From Sphyrna mokarran (taxonomy: Eukaryota), in contig JAGIQG010000004.1 of assembly GCA_024679065.1 (NCBI GenBank), forward strand, positions 32,302,001 to 32,366,000: DNA of 64,000 nt, in the 5' to 3' direction. Position 1 is the stretch's first letter; each line of letters starts with the position of its first letter. This document shows positions 11,989-25,332 of the stretch, one piece after another. The translations under genes and the position numbers were made by a program. A model generated the notes under the pieces. The model searched no databases. It saw nothing but the letters and a program-made list of their open reading frames with translations, and had not been told where the DNA came from.

Positions 11989-12300
11989 CATAGAATCTGT
12001 ACAGTGCAAAAGGAAGCCACTTGGCCTATCAAGTCTGCACAAAACATAATTCCACCAGGCCCTATCCTTTTCATCCCATGTATTTACCCTGCTCTACCCC
12101 CTGACACTATGGGACAATTTACCATGACCAATCAACCTAACCTACATATCTGAGGACTATGGAAGGAAACTGGAGCACCCAGATAAAACCCACGCAGACA
12201 TGGAGAGAATGTAGAAACTCCACACAGACAGACACCTGAGGCTGGAATTGAACCCCGATCCCTGGCGCTGTGATGCAGCGATGCTAACAACTGTGCCACC
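11989..12300 (-). mobile_element. HE1 SINE
   Basis: Complete reverse-strand head (gaattgaaccccgatccctggcgctgtga), V domain and tail. Confidence 0.9.
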
Positions 12301-12537
12301 TGGGATAAGGCATCTGAAGGTGCATTCATTGTCTTGTCCACTTGTTGCATTGTATCCAGGTCCTCAAGACAGATACCTGGAATCGACTAACACTGAATCG
12401 ACTGGGCACTGCTGCCTTCACAAAGTTTGTCTGTGGACTTCTTGGCTGTAGTGGATATAAGTTATCTCTCCTGTTTTCCACCTACTGCATCAGGGTATGC
12501 AGAACAACATTAGAAAATCTTACAACTTACTCTCTGT

Positions 12538-13030
12538 CATAACAAAAACAGAAAATCTGGAAGATCTCAGCAGGATGACAGGAAGAATAGAGCCAACCTT
12601 TCATAACCCTTTGTCAGAGCTAAGAGCAAAGAAAATCAAAAAAGACCTATACTGTCAGGGTGAGGGGTGGGGGACTGTAATGAAACAAAGGGAATGTAAA
12701 TGAGGATGAAGAAGGCTGAGAGAGATGCCAGAAATGTCCATTAAATATCAGAATGTATGAATGGCAGAACAGCAGTACAGATGGTTAAGGCTATTGTCCT
12801 GAAAGAGAGAGAGAGGGCAAGAAGAGGGGGCAGAAATGGAGAAGTGGAAAAATGAACTGAGAAAGAAGGACAATAAAAATGGATGAATTAGATGAAAAGA
12901 AATAAGATGAAACAAAATAAAGGGAATTGGGGTGAAGGTGGAGGGGAGAGTTCATGCTTTGAAGTTGTTGAACTCAATGTTTAGTCTGGAAGGCTGTAAA
13001 GTGCCCAGTCAGAAGATGAGGTGCCATACT
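12538..13030 (-). mobile_element. Penelope-like element, second family, 3' end
   Basis: Minus strand at ~12960-13023 translates HLIF*LGTLQPSRLNIEFNNF (GIY-YIG C-terminus); terminus resembles 53215-53312 and 62140-62295. Confidence 0.8.
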
Positions 13031-13139
13031 GTCATGTTGTGCTTGTAGAATGACTCCCAATGACTGCTTCAGTCACAACGTAATTCCACTCTGAGAGGCT
13101 CAGACCGACTTTAAGTTGTACTGGCTCACTTTAACTCGT

Positions 13140-13320
13140 TCTTCTTTTTCAGTTCTTTGCCCAAAGACAGGTCTGAGCAGCTGTGCCATGAACTCTACCA
13201 CTGGAAGGGCAAAGAGGCAGGTCTTGAATCCATCCCAGCTGGAAAAGGGATTGAAACTGATGCTGTCGGTATCAATCTGATCCATGCAACCCACCCAGCC
13301 AACAGAACCAACCTGCCCCC
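13140..13320 (-). mobile_element. Old tRNA-derived SINE fragment
   Basis: Minus strand ggttggttctgttggctgg..gataccgacagcatcagtttcaatcc, a decayed A/B-box head related to 61895-62095. Confidence 0.5.
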
Positions 13321-13424
13321 AAGAAAAATGAGCTACTATGGAAACATACATTTTTGCATGCATTTTGTAGCCTAGAGTATGGATAGTAATGGCAGCGGTT
13401 CTAAATTCTTCCCACCATATAACT

Positions 13425-13615
13425 GACTAGGAATCTCTCCCACTCCTACCATCTACCAGTGGCATGTGTCACAAGGATTTACAAATTGATAGGCAATCTG
13501 CTTTGCCACATGACAAATATGCATTGCTTTGGCCACCAAGTCTTGGAGTAATGCTTGAAATTGCAAGTTCTGGTTCAGAGGCAAGGATACTGCCCACTGC
13601 GCCACAAGACCTCCT
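13425..13615 (-). mobile_element. tRNA-derived SINE (family of 45298-45600)
   Basis: Minus strand ggaggtcttgtggcgcagtgggcagtatccttgcctctgaaccagaa..gacttggtggccaaag. Confidence 0.65.
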
Positions 13616-13739
13616 TAACTCATGTTAGCCTCTCATAATTTTGGGGTACCTGCTCAGGAATGTAACCATTCAACAGCTCGCTTAACAGTGGTTACAAATT
13701 ACAATCATTGAGACAAGTCAACAATGCTTTATTCATGAA

Positions 13740-13870
13740 CGTCCCGCTTTCTCAACCCTTCCCCTCGTCTGAGGTGCGGTGATTCTCAGGGTAAATCGCC
13801 ATCAGTCAGCTCTTCCCCTCAAAGTAGAGAGCAAACTATGATCATCTAGGACTATGGCGACTTTACTTCA
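13740..13870 (+). mobile_element. SINE body/tail fragment
   Basis: ccttcccctcgtctgaggtgcggtg..gagagcaaactatgatcatctaggactatggcgactttac, similar to 62040-62095. Confidence 0.5.
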
Positions 13871-14624
13871 CCTTTATCTGTTTGTGTGCAGGCAATGGAC
13901 AAAGCAGTCTCTGCACCCGTTTTCAGGACTGAGCAATTTTGTTGCATTAGTGTTCTAGGGATGATCAGAGTTACAGTTTTTAAGGCAGTTGAACATAGTG
14001 AAATTGAGTTATTGTGAGGCATAAGATATCAACAAAGCCCCATGTGGATAAATTCAGCGGACGGAGCCCATTTGACCTGCCTTACTAAGGTTTGCAGAAG
14101 ATAACAAAATGAAGATGAGATTTACCACGCCTTCGCTTCAGAAGGCTTAAAATCAACTCTCCTCACATTGCAATGCCGCTATTATCTTTGATAGCAGCTT
14201 GTTTTTATATTAAAAACCATACAGGCCAGAAACAGAAAACTCCCATTATTCTCAATGGGAAACATTGGCAAGAGAAAGGCTAATTAAGTTCACCAGGCAT
14301 GACATTTTGCAGTCTTTGACTCACCATTATGAATACCAATCAACTTAACACATAATGTGAGGAAGTACTTGTCTTAATGCAAGTTAATGAAAAACTAATG
14401 CCCAATTTGTAGTGCTGATGAGTACATTAACATTATCCTAAGGGTTAATATAATTCTGAAAATGGATATATGTTTTTGAGAAACTAAATTTGTCACCTTT
14501 TAATAAGAGAGCCAAAAGGTAGAAGAAAACTTAACCTATTATGGGTAAACAGAGAAATTTTAGTTTGACTAAACTCAGCTATCAAAGTGTGGGGGAAGGA
14601 GTGCAAAGTCACCACCAGAACAGA

Positions 14625-15587
14625 ACAACAATCATCCTCAACACCGGTGCCCCACAAGGTTGTGTTTGCAGCCCCCTACTATACTCCTTACACACCTATG
14701 ATTGTATGGCCAAATTCCCCTCCAGTTTGATTTTCAAGTTTGCTAACAACACCAGAGTAGTGGATCGGATCTCAAACAATGATGAGACAGGAATAAGATA
14801 GACAATCTGGTGAACGGATGCGGCAACAATAATCTCTCCCTCAATGTCAAAAAAATGAAGGAGATTGTCATCGGCTTCAGGAAGTGTAAAGGAGAATTAG
14901 CCCCTGTCTGCATCAATGGGGACGAAGTAGGAAGGGTCAAGAGCTTCAAGTTTTTAGGTGTTCAAATCACCAATAACCTGTCCTGGTGCTCTCATGCCGA
15001 CACTATAGTTAAGAAAGCCCACCAACACCTCTATTTTCTCAGAAGAATAAGGAAATTTGGCATGTCAGCTATAACTCTCACCAACTTTTACAGATGCACT
15101 TTAATCAGAAAGCATTCTTTCTGATTGTATCAAAGCTTGGTATGGCTCCTACTCTGCTCAAGACCAAAAGAAATTACAAACGTGAATGTAGCCCAATCCA
15201 TCACACAAACCGGCCTTCCATCCATTGACACTGTGTATACTTCCCCATGTCTCGGCAAATCAGCCAGCATAATTAAGGACCCCACACACCCCAGACATTC
15301 TCTCTTCCACCGTCTTCCGTCGGAAAAAAGATACAAAAGTCTGAGATCACTTACCAACTGACCCAAGAACAGCTTCTGCCCTGCTGCCATCAGACTTTTG
15401 AATGGACTTGCCTTGCATTAAGTTGATCTTTCTCTATACTCTAACTATGACTGCAACACTACATTCTACACTCTCATTTCCTTCTCTATGAATGGTATGT
15501 TTAGTCGTACAAGAAAGAAGTCGCACAAGAAAGAGTACTTTTCGCTGTATGTTAATACATGTGACAATAATAAATCAAATCAAATCA
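14625..15587 (+). mobile_element. Rex1/Babar LINE, 5'-truncated
   Basis: ILNTGAPQGCV.SPLLYSL.TYDC..FKFA; FKFLGVQITNNLSW; KKAHQHLYFLRR; tail aataaatcaaatcaaatc. Confidence 0.92.
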
Positions 15588-15589
15588 GA

Positions 15590-18552
15590 ACTGAGCATTT
15601 AAAATGAAGCACAGCAGAGTGACAGCAGCAAGTCAGGATAAGGAACACAAGAGTGGCCCAAAGAATTTAAACATAAATGTAACAGCAGCAGCAGAGAGAG
15701 GCGAACAATAGCAGAGAAGCTGCAAAGTTGCATTGCAGTTTAAGGAGGGACATCAGGAGGTAAGTTACAGATAAGCATTTACCATATCTATTTGTAAACT
15801 GAATCAAGCAATTAGCTAAATAAAACTTTTAAAAATGTTAGTTGATAAAATAAGTAAATTTTAATTAACTAAATTAATAAAACAGGGTTATAAAGAGGGA
15901 GTGGAGGTATTCTGGAAATGCAGCTTGTGGAAGTTTGTAGTGAGCATCACAGTCCTGGACAACCAAATCTGCAGTAAATGGCTACATCACAACGAGTTCC
16001 TGCTCACAGTTTTTGGCTTAAGTGCAAAGCAGGGTATCAGGGCGAGAGAAAGGGAAGGGCATCACCTGGACACTTCACCTCAGGAGTGTGATGAACTGTG
16101 CATTTAGCAAAATGCTTTCTTGTAAGATTAAAAATAAAAGTAAGTAAAGCTAGTTCTGGGAAAGGAACTTGGAATTGGAATTTTTAGCTGTGAAATGGCT
16201 TATGAGAAATAAACCTAGTGACATGACATCTGTATAGAGGTGAGAACTGGGTAGCGGAAAAAGGCAAATCGAAATTAAAAGCAATGGTGTGGGCTTTGCC
16301 GTGTGATTGGGAAAACTGAAGGATTGTACATAACAGAGGTAGGGTCTGTGACGTGGTGTTATTTTCAGGCTGGGACTGATACTCAGCATGCTTCTGACAC
16401 CATGTGCAGTCAGACAGCTGCAAGGAATATTTTTTGTTGTTTTAACTGTTAAAACTGTTTTTCATCATTTCTATTAAATATCATTTGTTAATTTTTTGAT
16501 AATTATGGTATACCATCAATATGCAGGAGACCATTCAAATGTGGGGAGCAAAAAGGAATAGTCTAATGGGAGAGAACAGTATAGACAGGGAGATAGATTC
16601 TGGGTCAGACTTTCCTCCCCACTGCAGTGTGTCCCGCAGCAGCGTACTACTTGCTGATAGCAGGAACTGATGGACCCATCAGTGTCAATGTGGTTTCCCA
16701 TTGAGCACACCTCTCAGTGCCAGGAAAGCCATGGCGGGGCACCCTGAGATCCTGTCAGTGTAAAAGACAGCAAGATTTCAGTCACAACCAGGATTTCCAA
16801 TGTTTTTGTTGTCTTCCCAGAGCCCAGGTTAAGGTCATCTCCCCATGCTCAAAGAAAAACTTGGAATGGGAAAGGGAGGACCCAGTTGCCTCAGTCCATG
16901 TGGGAACCAATGGCATAGGCAGAACCAGGAATGAGATTCTGCTGAGAAGGTTTGAACAGCTCGAGTTGAAATAAAATCACAGATCCTTCCAGACATTAAT
17001 CATGAAATTGTTCCCTCAAATAAATTCAAATTGGCATATGGATAATCAGGTCAAAAGGTCAAATGTGCAGCTGAAGGAATGGTGTGGGAGTTTAGATTAA
17101 TGGGACACTGGCACAGTTACAGGCGAAAGAGGAAGCTTCTCCATGCAAGTTAGGCTCCCATTAAACCTGGCAACAACCAATATTTAGGATGAAGGATAGG
17201 GCAATAAACTAATGAGGGTACATTCAGAGGATGCGGGAAAGGGGAAATTCAAAAGCAGTGAGAGAAAACAATAAGATGTTAATGACTGGGGTGACAACAT
17301 GGGGGGAATAGAAACAAATTAAAGTTATTTGAATGCACAAAGGCATTCACAATAAAATAGTTGAATTAACATGCAGATAGTAACTAATGAGTTTGATCTG
17401 ATGGCCATTTCAAAAGTATGGCTATTGATGGAGCAAATTTGAGGATTAAATTTTCCAGGATGCTTGATCTTTAGAAGAGAGAGGCAAAATGAAAAAAGAG
17501 AAGAGTTTGCTCTGATATTTAAATAGTATCAGAGTCACTATGAGAGAAAAGATCTTAACTGAGAGAATCAAGGTGTAGAATCAATATGGGTGAAGTTAAG
17601 AAGCAACAAGAGGCAAAAAACAATATTGGGAACAGCTTATTGGCCACTTAACTGTATTTACAGTGTCAGATCAGGTAACCTGAGATACATGTAATCATGG
17701 GGGACTTCAATTGTCACATTGAAAGAGTAAGATAAATTTGAAGTACTAATGTGGAGGACTAGTTAATGAATTACATTCAGGATAGTTTTCTAGACTGGTG
17801 TGTCAAGGCACCGACCAGGGACCAAACTATTTGGGATCTAATATTGTGCGATGAGTCAGGATTAATTAATAACTTTGCGTGAAAGGAGCCATGGGAAAGG
17901 TATGATCATAATAGACAGAATTTTATGTTGAGTTTGGGGTAATTTAGCTAAATACTCAGTTAGGATAATAAATCTGGACAAGACAAGCTATATAGTATTG
18001 GGTGTTGGTGAGTATTGTGACCATTTTTTGGTCTTCTTATTTGAGGAAGGATATGTGACAGTGGAGACAGTTCAGAAGTTCATCAGATTGATTCTGGGGA
18101 TGAAAGGGTTGACTTTTTAGGAGAGATTAAACAGTTTGGGCTTATACTCACTGGAGTTTAGAAGGATGAAAGGTAATCTGATCAAGTTATATAAAATTTT
18201 AAAAGGGTTTGGTAAAGTAAATATAGACCAAATATTTCCTCTATGTGGCAATCTAAAACAAGTGGTCACAGGTAGAGGTGTTAGATTTAAAACTGAGATG
18301 AGGAGGAAGTACTTCTCACAGAAGGTGATGAATTTGTGGAACTTGGTGCCTCACAGCATGGTGGAGAATGAATCACTGACTGGTTTCAAGAGGGAGAGAG
18401 ACATATTTCTAATAAAAAAAGGGGAAAGAAAGATATAAGGAGTAGTTGAATTTGAGACCAGGGAGAGATCCGTCATGATCTGGTTGAAGGTGGAGTAGAT
18501 TTGAAGAAATGTATTTGCCTACTTCCATTTCTAATTCTAATGTTCCTATGTT
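15590..18552 (+). mobile_element. Internally deleted old CR1 LINE (5' region, ORF1 zinc finger and SGNH esterase, ORF2 endonuclease, 3' end)
   Basis: ORF1 C.LWKF..VLDNQICSK (15901); esterase CCLPRAQVKVIS..VHVGTNGIG (16800-16970); decayed endonuclease at 17320-17990; a jump at ~18010 to GLYSLEFRRMKGNLI and the 3' UTR. Confidence 0.82.
16611..16790. mobile_element. MITE inserted in CR1 ORF1
   Basis: GC-rich interruption (ggtcagactttcc...agatttcagtc) between colinear ORF1 segments. Confidence 0.55.
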
Positions 18553-18559
18553 CCTGGGT

Positions 18560-19700
18560 ATGGGGGATAAGTTGGTTAAAGTAGATTAGGAATGGTATGA
18601 TGGTAGACAGGCCATCCCAACTATTTAAATAACTAATATAATGATTGTACAGCTCTGAGGAAATAAAAACTGACAGCAAGAGTGGATCAGTGACTAGTGG
18701 TGTGCTCAGAAATCAATTGTTTAGAATTTATAGAGATAATTTCCAGTTGGAGACCAAGTGTAATTTGTCAAAGTTCATAGATGACACCAAAATATGTGGT
18801 GGAGCAAAATATGCAGGGCGCACTGAACATCTGCAAAGGGATATAGATAGTTCAAGTGAGTGGGTGAGGGTCTGGCAGATAGAGTACAATGTTGGTAAAT
18901 GTGAGGTCATCTATTTTGGTAGGAATAACAGCAAAATGTACAATTACTTAAATGATAAAAAAAATAGCAGCATGCTACTATGCAGAGGGACCTGGATGTC
19001 CTTGTGCATGAATCACAAAAAGTTGGTTTGCAGATGCAACAGATAATTAAAAGGGATTGTCCTTCATTGCTAGAGGGATGCAGTTTAAAAACAGTGAGAT
19101 TATGTTGCAGCTGTATAAAGTGTTGATGAGGCCTCACCTGGAGTACTCTGTATAGTTTTGGTCTCCTTATTTGAGAAGGAAGATACTGGTATTGGAGGGG
19201 TTGCCAAGTAGATTCATCAGGTTGATTTTGGAGTGGAGAGGGTTGGCTTATGAGGAGAGATTGAGTAGACTGGGATTATACTTGCTGGAATTAGGAAGGA
19301 TAAGGGAGGATCTAATAAAAATATATAAAACTATGAAGGGAATAGATAAGATAGAAGCAGAGAAATTGTTTCCCCTGGCAGATGAAACCAAAACTTAGGA
19401 GCATAGCCTCAAAATAAGGGTTACAGATTTAGGACTGAGTTGAGGAGGAACTTCTTCACCCAAAGGGATGAGAATCTGTGGAATTCCCTGCCCAGTGAAG
19501 CAGTTGAGGCTACCTCATTGAATGTTTTTAAGACAAAGATAGCTAGACTTTGAAAAGTAAAGGAATTAAGGGTTATAGTGAGTGGCGGATAAGTGGAGCT
19601 GAGTCCATGAAAACAATTAGCAACAATCAGCAATGATCTTACTAAATGGCAGATCAGGCTTGAAGACACAAATGGCCTACTCCTGCTTTTAGTTCTTATA
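18560..19700 (+). mobile_element. CR1 LINE RT and 3' end
   Basis: SKFIDDTKICGG..LQRDIDSSSEW..WQIEYNVGKCEV; YEERLSRLGLY; CR1 3' UTR. Confidence 0.92.
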
Positions 19701-19737
19701 ATTGTGGCTAACTAGGGGATTTAAAGATAATATTAGA

Positions 19738-19910
19738 TTAAATTGAATTGATTGTATTGAATTGATTGAATTGAATTAATTTATTATTGTCACATGCATT
19801 GGGATACAGTGAAAAGTATCATTTCAGACAAAGCATACCATTCATAAAGTACATAGGGGAGAATGAAAGGAAAGAGTGCAACATATAATGTTGCAGTTAC
19901 CCTTGGGTGT
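19738..19910 (-). repeat. (AATTG)n microsatellite expanded from a Rex1/Babar 3' tail
   Basis: aattgaattgattgtattgaattg.. abuts ttattattgtcacatgcattgggatacagtgaaaagta, the reverse complement of the 15540-15575 tail. Confidence 0.75.
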
Positions 19911-20687
19911 AAGGGTGTGATGGTATAATGGTAAGACTAGGCATTCTAACTCTTGGGCCTGATAATCCACCTTGTAAAATTACATTTTGACTTTCCACAA
20001 ACAAATTTTGTCCTTAATTTTAACATAATTCATTAATCAGCAAAACCTTCTGTACTTGCATTTAGATACCTTGTTAATCTCTGACTTGCAATAAAAGTTT
20101 ATAATCTACTGGATCTTTTTCCTACCCCCATAGGTTTTATGCCTTACTCATTCTGTTCAGCTGAACATTACTGTAGAAATATGTCATAAAGTACTTCAGA
20201 GGGACATAAGGTAAAACAAACACCAAACCAAGAAGCATATATCAGGAAGAAAATATAAGGCATTTGATGGAAAATTAAACAAAAACAAGAGTAACAGTGG
20301 AAAATATAATCATAAAACAGGAGATAAGGCCGTAAAAAAATCAGAGTGGTAAAGCTCAATAAATGAGTACTAAATAACAGGATCAATTCGAATGAATTGG
20401 AAATTGGGGCAAGGGCAGTAGTTGCCCTTCCCTCCTGCTGATTGACCAGTGGTGGGCAGTGTTGTGCCCTGAGTAGGAAGGTGGTGGCAAGTCTGTAAAT
20501 ATCTCAATGTGTGTTTCCAATAAAATTTACATTTGTTTGCAACAAGCCGGCTCCTGCCTCAAGTTACCACAAAAATATTTTTAAAAACAAAAATATTAAG
20601 TAAATGAGGAATAAATTATAGGCAATAAAGGAAAGTACAACAGTTAATGGTTGGGACTGTCAAAATCTAGAAAATATGTATACTTTT

Positions 20688-20925
20688 TATTCATTCATGG
20701 GACATAGGTGTTGCTGGTTGGCTAGCATTTATCGTCCATCCTTAGTTGCCCTTGGAGGGCAGTTGAGAGTCAATCACATTGCTGTGGTTCTGGAGTCACA
20801 AGTAGACCAGACCAGGTAAGAATGGCAGATTTCCTTCCCTAAGGGAACCAGATGGGTTTTTCTGACGATGAACAATGGTTTCATGGCCATTAGTAGATTC
20901 TTAATTCCAGATTTCTTTTATTGAA
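20688..20925 (-). mobile_element. CORE/MIR-like SINE, truncated
   Basis: High similarity to 24975-25225; another copy lies at 22725-22865. Confidence 0.8.
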
Positions 20926-21534
20926 AAAAATAATTTTATTCTTTATTGAGCAACATAATTTTATTTTTGATTGAATAAAATAATTTTAATAAATTAGAAT
21001 TTCCTTAGGCCATCTAGGAAAATAAAGAAATTGTTTAAAAATTACTTGAACAAAAGAAAATTCACGAAACTGACCTAGAACTGTTTCCAATGAAACATGT
21101 TACTAATAGATGCAGGAAAATGTCATTCTTTGTCTAAAACTTTGTGACCTTGGGTAACATCGTCCTTCAGAGGGTCGGTGCAGACTCAATAGACCAAATG
21201 GCCTCCTTCTGCACTGTAGGGATTCTCTGTTACTTAAAACAATGAGGAAACAATAATAGGACAGGAAATTAATAAATGGGAAAGCACTAAGTCATTATTG
21301 TGTATTTTTAAGCAGATACAATTCTACATATCCTGCAGTAGCACCATTTAAATATACACCATCAAAAAAACTGAATTCTATACAGGCAGATCAATACCAG
21401 TATCTTGTAGAAATTTTAAGCAAACTACAAAGAAGGTGGGTTAGGAAAAATGAAAGAAGGTGAAAAAAAAACACTCGAGATTGAAAAGAAAATGTAAAAA
21501 GTCAATAACAATTGAATAAGTAAAAGGTTACCAT

Positions 21535-21655
21535 GGCTGGAGTTTTACCACCTTCGCCCACCACAACAATCGAAGCAGATGAGGGGTGGATAATAGGAAG
21601 GTCCGGAGGGAGGATTTTCTTGTCTTGGGATGAGCAAGGTCGCAAAATCCTGTCC
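21535..21655. mobile_element. Short MITE
   Basis: Decayed TIRs ggctggagtttta / caaaatcctgtcc. Confidence 0.6.
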
Positions 21656-21728
21656 AATGTATTTTGAAAGAATGGGAAACGTGCCAGTGAACTTTTCCAA
21701 GTAAAAGGATAGAAACTCTGGACTTCTG

Positions 21729-21866
21729 GGGTGGAATTTTCTGACCACACTTGCTCCAAGAGCAGAAGTTCCAGCCCGAGATCAACACACCTTCTCATGG
21801 ATCTGCCGAATTTTCTGTCCCCCCTGCCATGATTCCTGTGGTGGGTGGGACAGGAAAATTCCACCC
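21729..21866. mobile_element. MITE with perfect 13-bp TIRs
   Basis: gggtggaattttc ... gaaaattccaccc. Confidence 0.85.
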
Positions 21867-22724
21867 TCGGTGAGTACAGTCATTGTCACTTTAAAACCAG
21901 TCTGAGTAAGGGCCATGTGGTCTGAACGACCAAACAACATCCAGCACAGGGAATTTCTCTAAGATTTCTGAGTTAAAAAGAGTGAACAAACACACAGCAT
22001 TGGTGAAGCAACTTTGCAAATTGTTTGTTCAACCGAAGAAGCCTCCAGAGTATATCTTTAGATTTTTAGCCAGACACTCAATAGTCTTCGATCTGCATAT
22101 AAAGATTACAGTTGTTCAATGGCTCAACATGAAAAGTATCTTTATCTCTGCAACGGAACTTCAAAAAAAAACATAAATTGAAACAAAATAATTGAAGCAC
22201 TGCTTCTTGTTACTGTTGTTTTCTCCTAACTTCTGTTTCCTTCTATGTATTATAACTTTTTTTCTTCCTAATCTAACATCTGCATTCTAATCCATTTTTC
22301 TTCAAAAATTTATTTCACTTTTCTGACACATCTATTTTCAGATTCCATCATCCCTTTGTGAATAGTTTGATTTGTAAAAACTAACTCCAGGAACAGTTTT
22401 TCAGCCAATTGAACTCCCAAAGTATAAGACTTGAATAGGCAATTGCTAAATAAATAAACTCCTGATTCCAACTGTAGCTTGGGAAGTAAACTCTTCCAGA
22501 AGGGATTTTGTCCTGTGAAGGAGCTTGTTGACATTGCAAAGCTAAAGCCACAGCAAGAATTATGCCTGCTAAGATGTTATTCTGTTTTTACATGCATTTT
22601 AAAAAGTCACTGAATGATATGAATTGTCTCACAAGTAGCATTATTTTTACATCATGTATAAAATTACTGAAAGATTTCCAAAAATATTCTCCTGTGTGAC
22701 AATCCCCCTTTGTTTTTTATTAAT

Positions 22725-22865
22725 CATTCATGGGGTGTGTGTGTGTGTTGTTGGCTGGGCCAGCATTTACTGCCTGTCCCTGAGAGAGTTAAAAGTCAAC
22801 TGCATTGTTGTGCCTCTGGATTCACATGTAGGCCAGTCCAGGTAAGGATGGCAGATTTCCTTTCT
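22725..22865 (-). mobile_element. CORE/MIR-like SINE 3' fragment
   Basis: ggctgggccagcattta..agtcaactgcattgttgtg..ggtaaggatggcagatttcc. Confidence 0.75.
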
Positions 22866-24269
22866 TAAATCACAATAATAAACCAAATAGGATAACAAAC
22901 AAAACTGTAGAATGTAACTGATCCAATGGAGAAAGTATCTTGAAGGCAAAATTGAGAATTGAAAAAGAATGCAAGGATTACAATGCCTGATTATCCCATC
23001 CCATTGCTTCCAATCCAGTCAACTTTCCAATGGTTTAGGTATGGAACCCTACCTTAAACGTGTTGGTTAGTGACTTCACATCTCGCTAGGGGGCCCATGT
23101 TTGTGAGAGACCAGCATCACTTCATGTTAGCCTTCACTTTCACCTCACCTTTGTTAATTGCTTTGCAAAAATCTTGAACAAAGAGTCTCCTTCTTCATTT
23201 CTTTTGGTGTTCTAGTAGCAAGTAGACTAACTTATGAAAGCCTGGCTAAATTGGGTCCTTTTAAAACATATTTGGCCTTGGAAAAGGTATCTTGAGAGAA
23301 AAGAAACTTTTTAAATTAACCTTGTTGTGATCAGGCAAGAAGGTTGAAGAAAGAAGGGGAGCCAGTTCATCCCTCCTCCTCAGGGAGCAGATCAATTTAG
23401 GGGGATCTTGTCCAGGAACTGGTTATACCCTGATGCTGTCCTTGACCTAATCAGAGGCTGCAGAGATGCAGATTTTGGTAAGTACCTCCCTTAGCAAAGT
23501 GGAGATAACTGACACTCTGTTCTTTAGTAGGTTCAGGTAGGAGAATTCATTACTGAATATCTTGGACATACACGGCCTTCTACTGAGCACCTTTCTCTCA
23601 CACTGTGCTCCTTTTTTAGCCAGTTGTTTTCTACTGTGTCACCTCTGCTATTCTTTAAGTCATATTGGCAGCAAATCCAGGTACAAACTATTGCATCGAT
23701 GTCTGTGTAGAATCCTTGAAGTCCTTCAGTATCTGACACACTCCTTCCTGTAAACTTTAGCACCTTTAAGTTGTACTGCACGCCTCCAAAAATTACACAA
23801 ATTAGTTAAAAGCTGTACAAATCAATCTCCAACTAACCCGAAAGTAGTTGATGATCTCTTATAGAGCTGATGGGCAACCCTTTGAATGTGTGTTCCACAT
23901 GTGAGGTTAAGAGAGTGTGTTGTCTGTAGTACATCTCTAACACAGCATCATGGGCATCAAGTCACATAGCGATTGATATCACAGTCTGCTGGCTCTGTAT
24001 ATTTCTGGAGTGCTCACTCCATATCCAAGGCAGTGCCTGGTCCAATGCACACCAGAAGAGTTTGAATGAGCATGGATGTCATTTTGAATCCAAAATGGCA
24101 GCAACAGCACTGATTTGTTTTTTTGTGACGATTACATTTATGGATAAAGTAATGATCAATAATGCAGTGGTCATTGCGAAACTGGAGTTCTTTAAGATTC
24201 ATAATACACTATTTCGTCTGACTGTACTGAAGAGAATGAGCAGTACTGTTAACCTCCATGGATAAGGAG

Positions 24270-24880
24270 AAACACAGAAAAATTGCTAATGAAATTCTTA
24301 CTTTCAAAAGAGGTCAGGCAATGATCTTGGGGAATCACCGGCAGTTAGCCATTTATAAAGGGAGAATATTGAAGTCCATTATAAAAGGTGTAATTTAAAA
24401 CTATCTAGTGAGAGCAAAGGAAATAAATTTAAGCCGACATGGGTTTACGAAAAATAGGTCATATGGCAAATTAATTAAAATTCTTTCATCGCAATATAGT
24501 TAGTGGATAAAGGGTAATACATTGATATCTGGGCTTTCAGAAGAAGCTGATAAGGTCCTTCTCATGAGAGTTCTGGCCAAAGAGAAACTTCATGAAATCA
24601 AGGAGCAGGTAAAATTTTGAATAATTGGCTAGGTAATAGGATAGTTATTAATAATTACAGTTCTAATTGGACAGTTGTGGTTAATGAAGGCTTCCTGAGA
24701 TGGATCCTGGGACATATATTTTAAAGGTTGTTCATAATGGGATGGATTTTGCAGTCACTTGTGGATGAGCAGCTCCAGATATGAAAATGAACAATGTAGA
24801 GATAAAAGATTAAAGAATGGAAAGGTGAAATTGAAATAACAATATTTCCATCATTTCACAAATGGAAAAGACTATTTAAT
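24270..24880 (+). mobile_element. Highly decayed CR1 RT fragment
   Basis: Relics of the NYRPVSL, QHGF and DFQKAFDKV motifs (gggaatcaccggcagttagcc; catgggttt; ctttcagaagaagctgataagg). Confidence 0.7.
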
Positions 24881-24974
24881 GTTTTGAAATATAACATGAT
24901 GCATACCGGAGCTAACAAAACTAACATATTGAATAATGCATTGCTTAACTGTGACTATTTGCAAAGTATGTGGT

Positions 24975-25332
24975 TTATTTATTCAATCGTGGGACATGGG
25001 TGTCGCTGGCTGACCTGCATTTATTGTCCATCCCTAGTTGCCCTTGGACAGCAGATGAGAGTCAACCACATTGCTGTTGCTCTGGAATCACATGTAGGCC
25101 AGACCAGGTAAGAATGACAGATTTCCTTCCCTAAAGGACATTAGTGAACGAGATAGGTTTTTCCAGCAATCAATAATGGTTTCATGTCATCAATAGATTC
25201 TTAATTTCAGAAATATTTATTGAATTCAAATTCTATCATCTGCTGTGATGGGATTCGAACCCAGGTCCCCAGAACATTCATTAAGTTTCTGGTCTACTAG
25301 TCTAGCGATAATACCACTAGGCCATCGCCTGC
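24975..25332 (-). mobile_element. Full-length CORE/MIR-like tRNA SINE
   Basis: Minus-strand head gatggcctagtggtattatcgctagact..ctgggttcgaatccc; tail homologous to the LINE at 7950-8015. Confidence 0.85.

Noticed and set aside
23400-23485. Plus-strand exon ending TTG|GTAAGT (similar isolated donors at ~40960 and ~55845)
   Set aside because: No convincing acceptor with a recognisable open frame; isolated donor matches are expected by chance in 64 kb.
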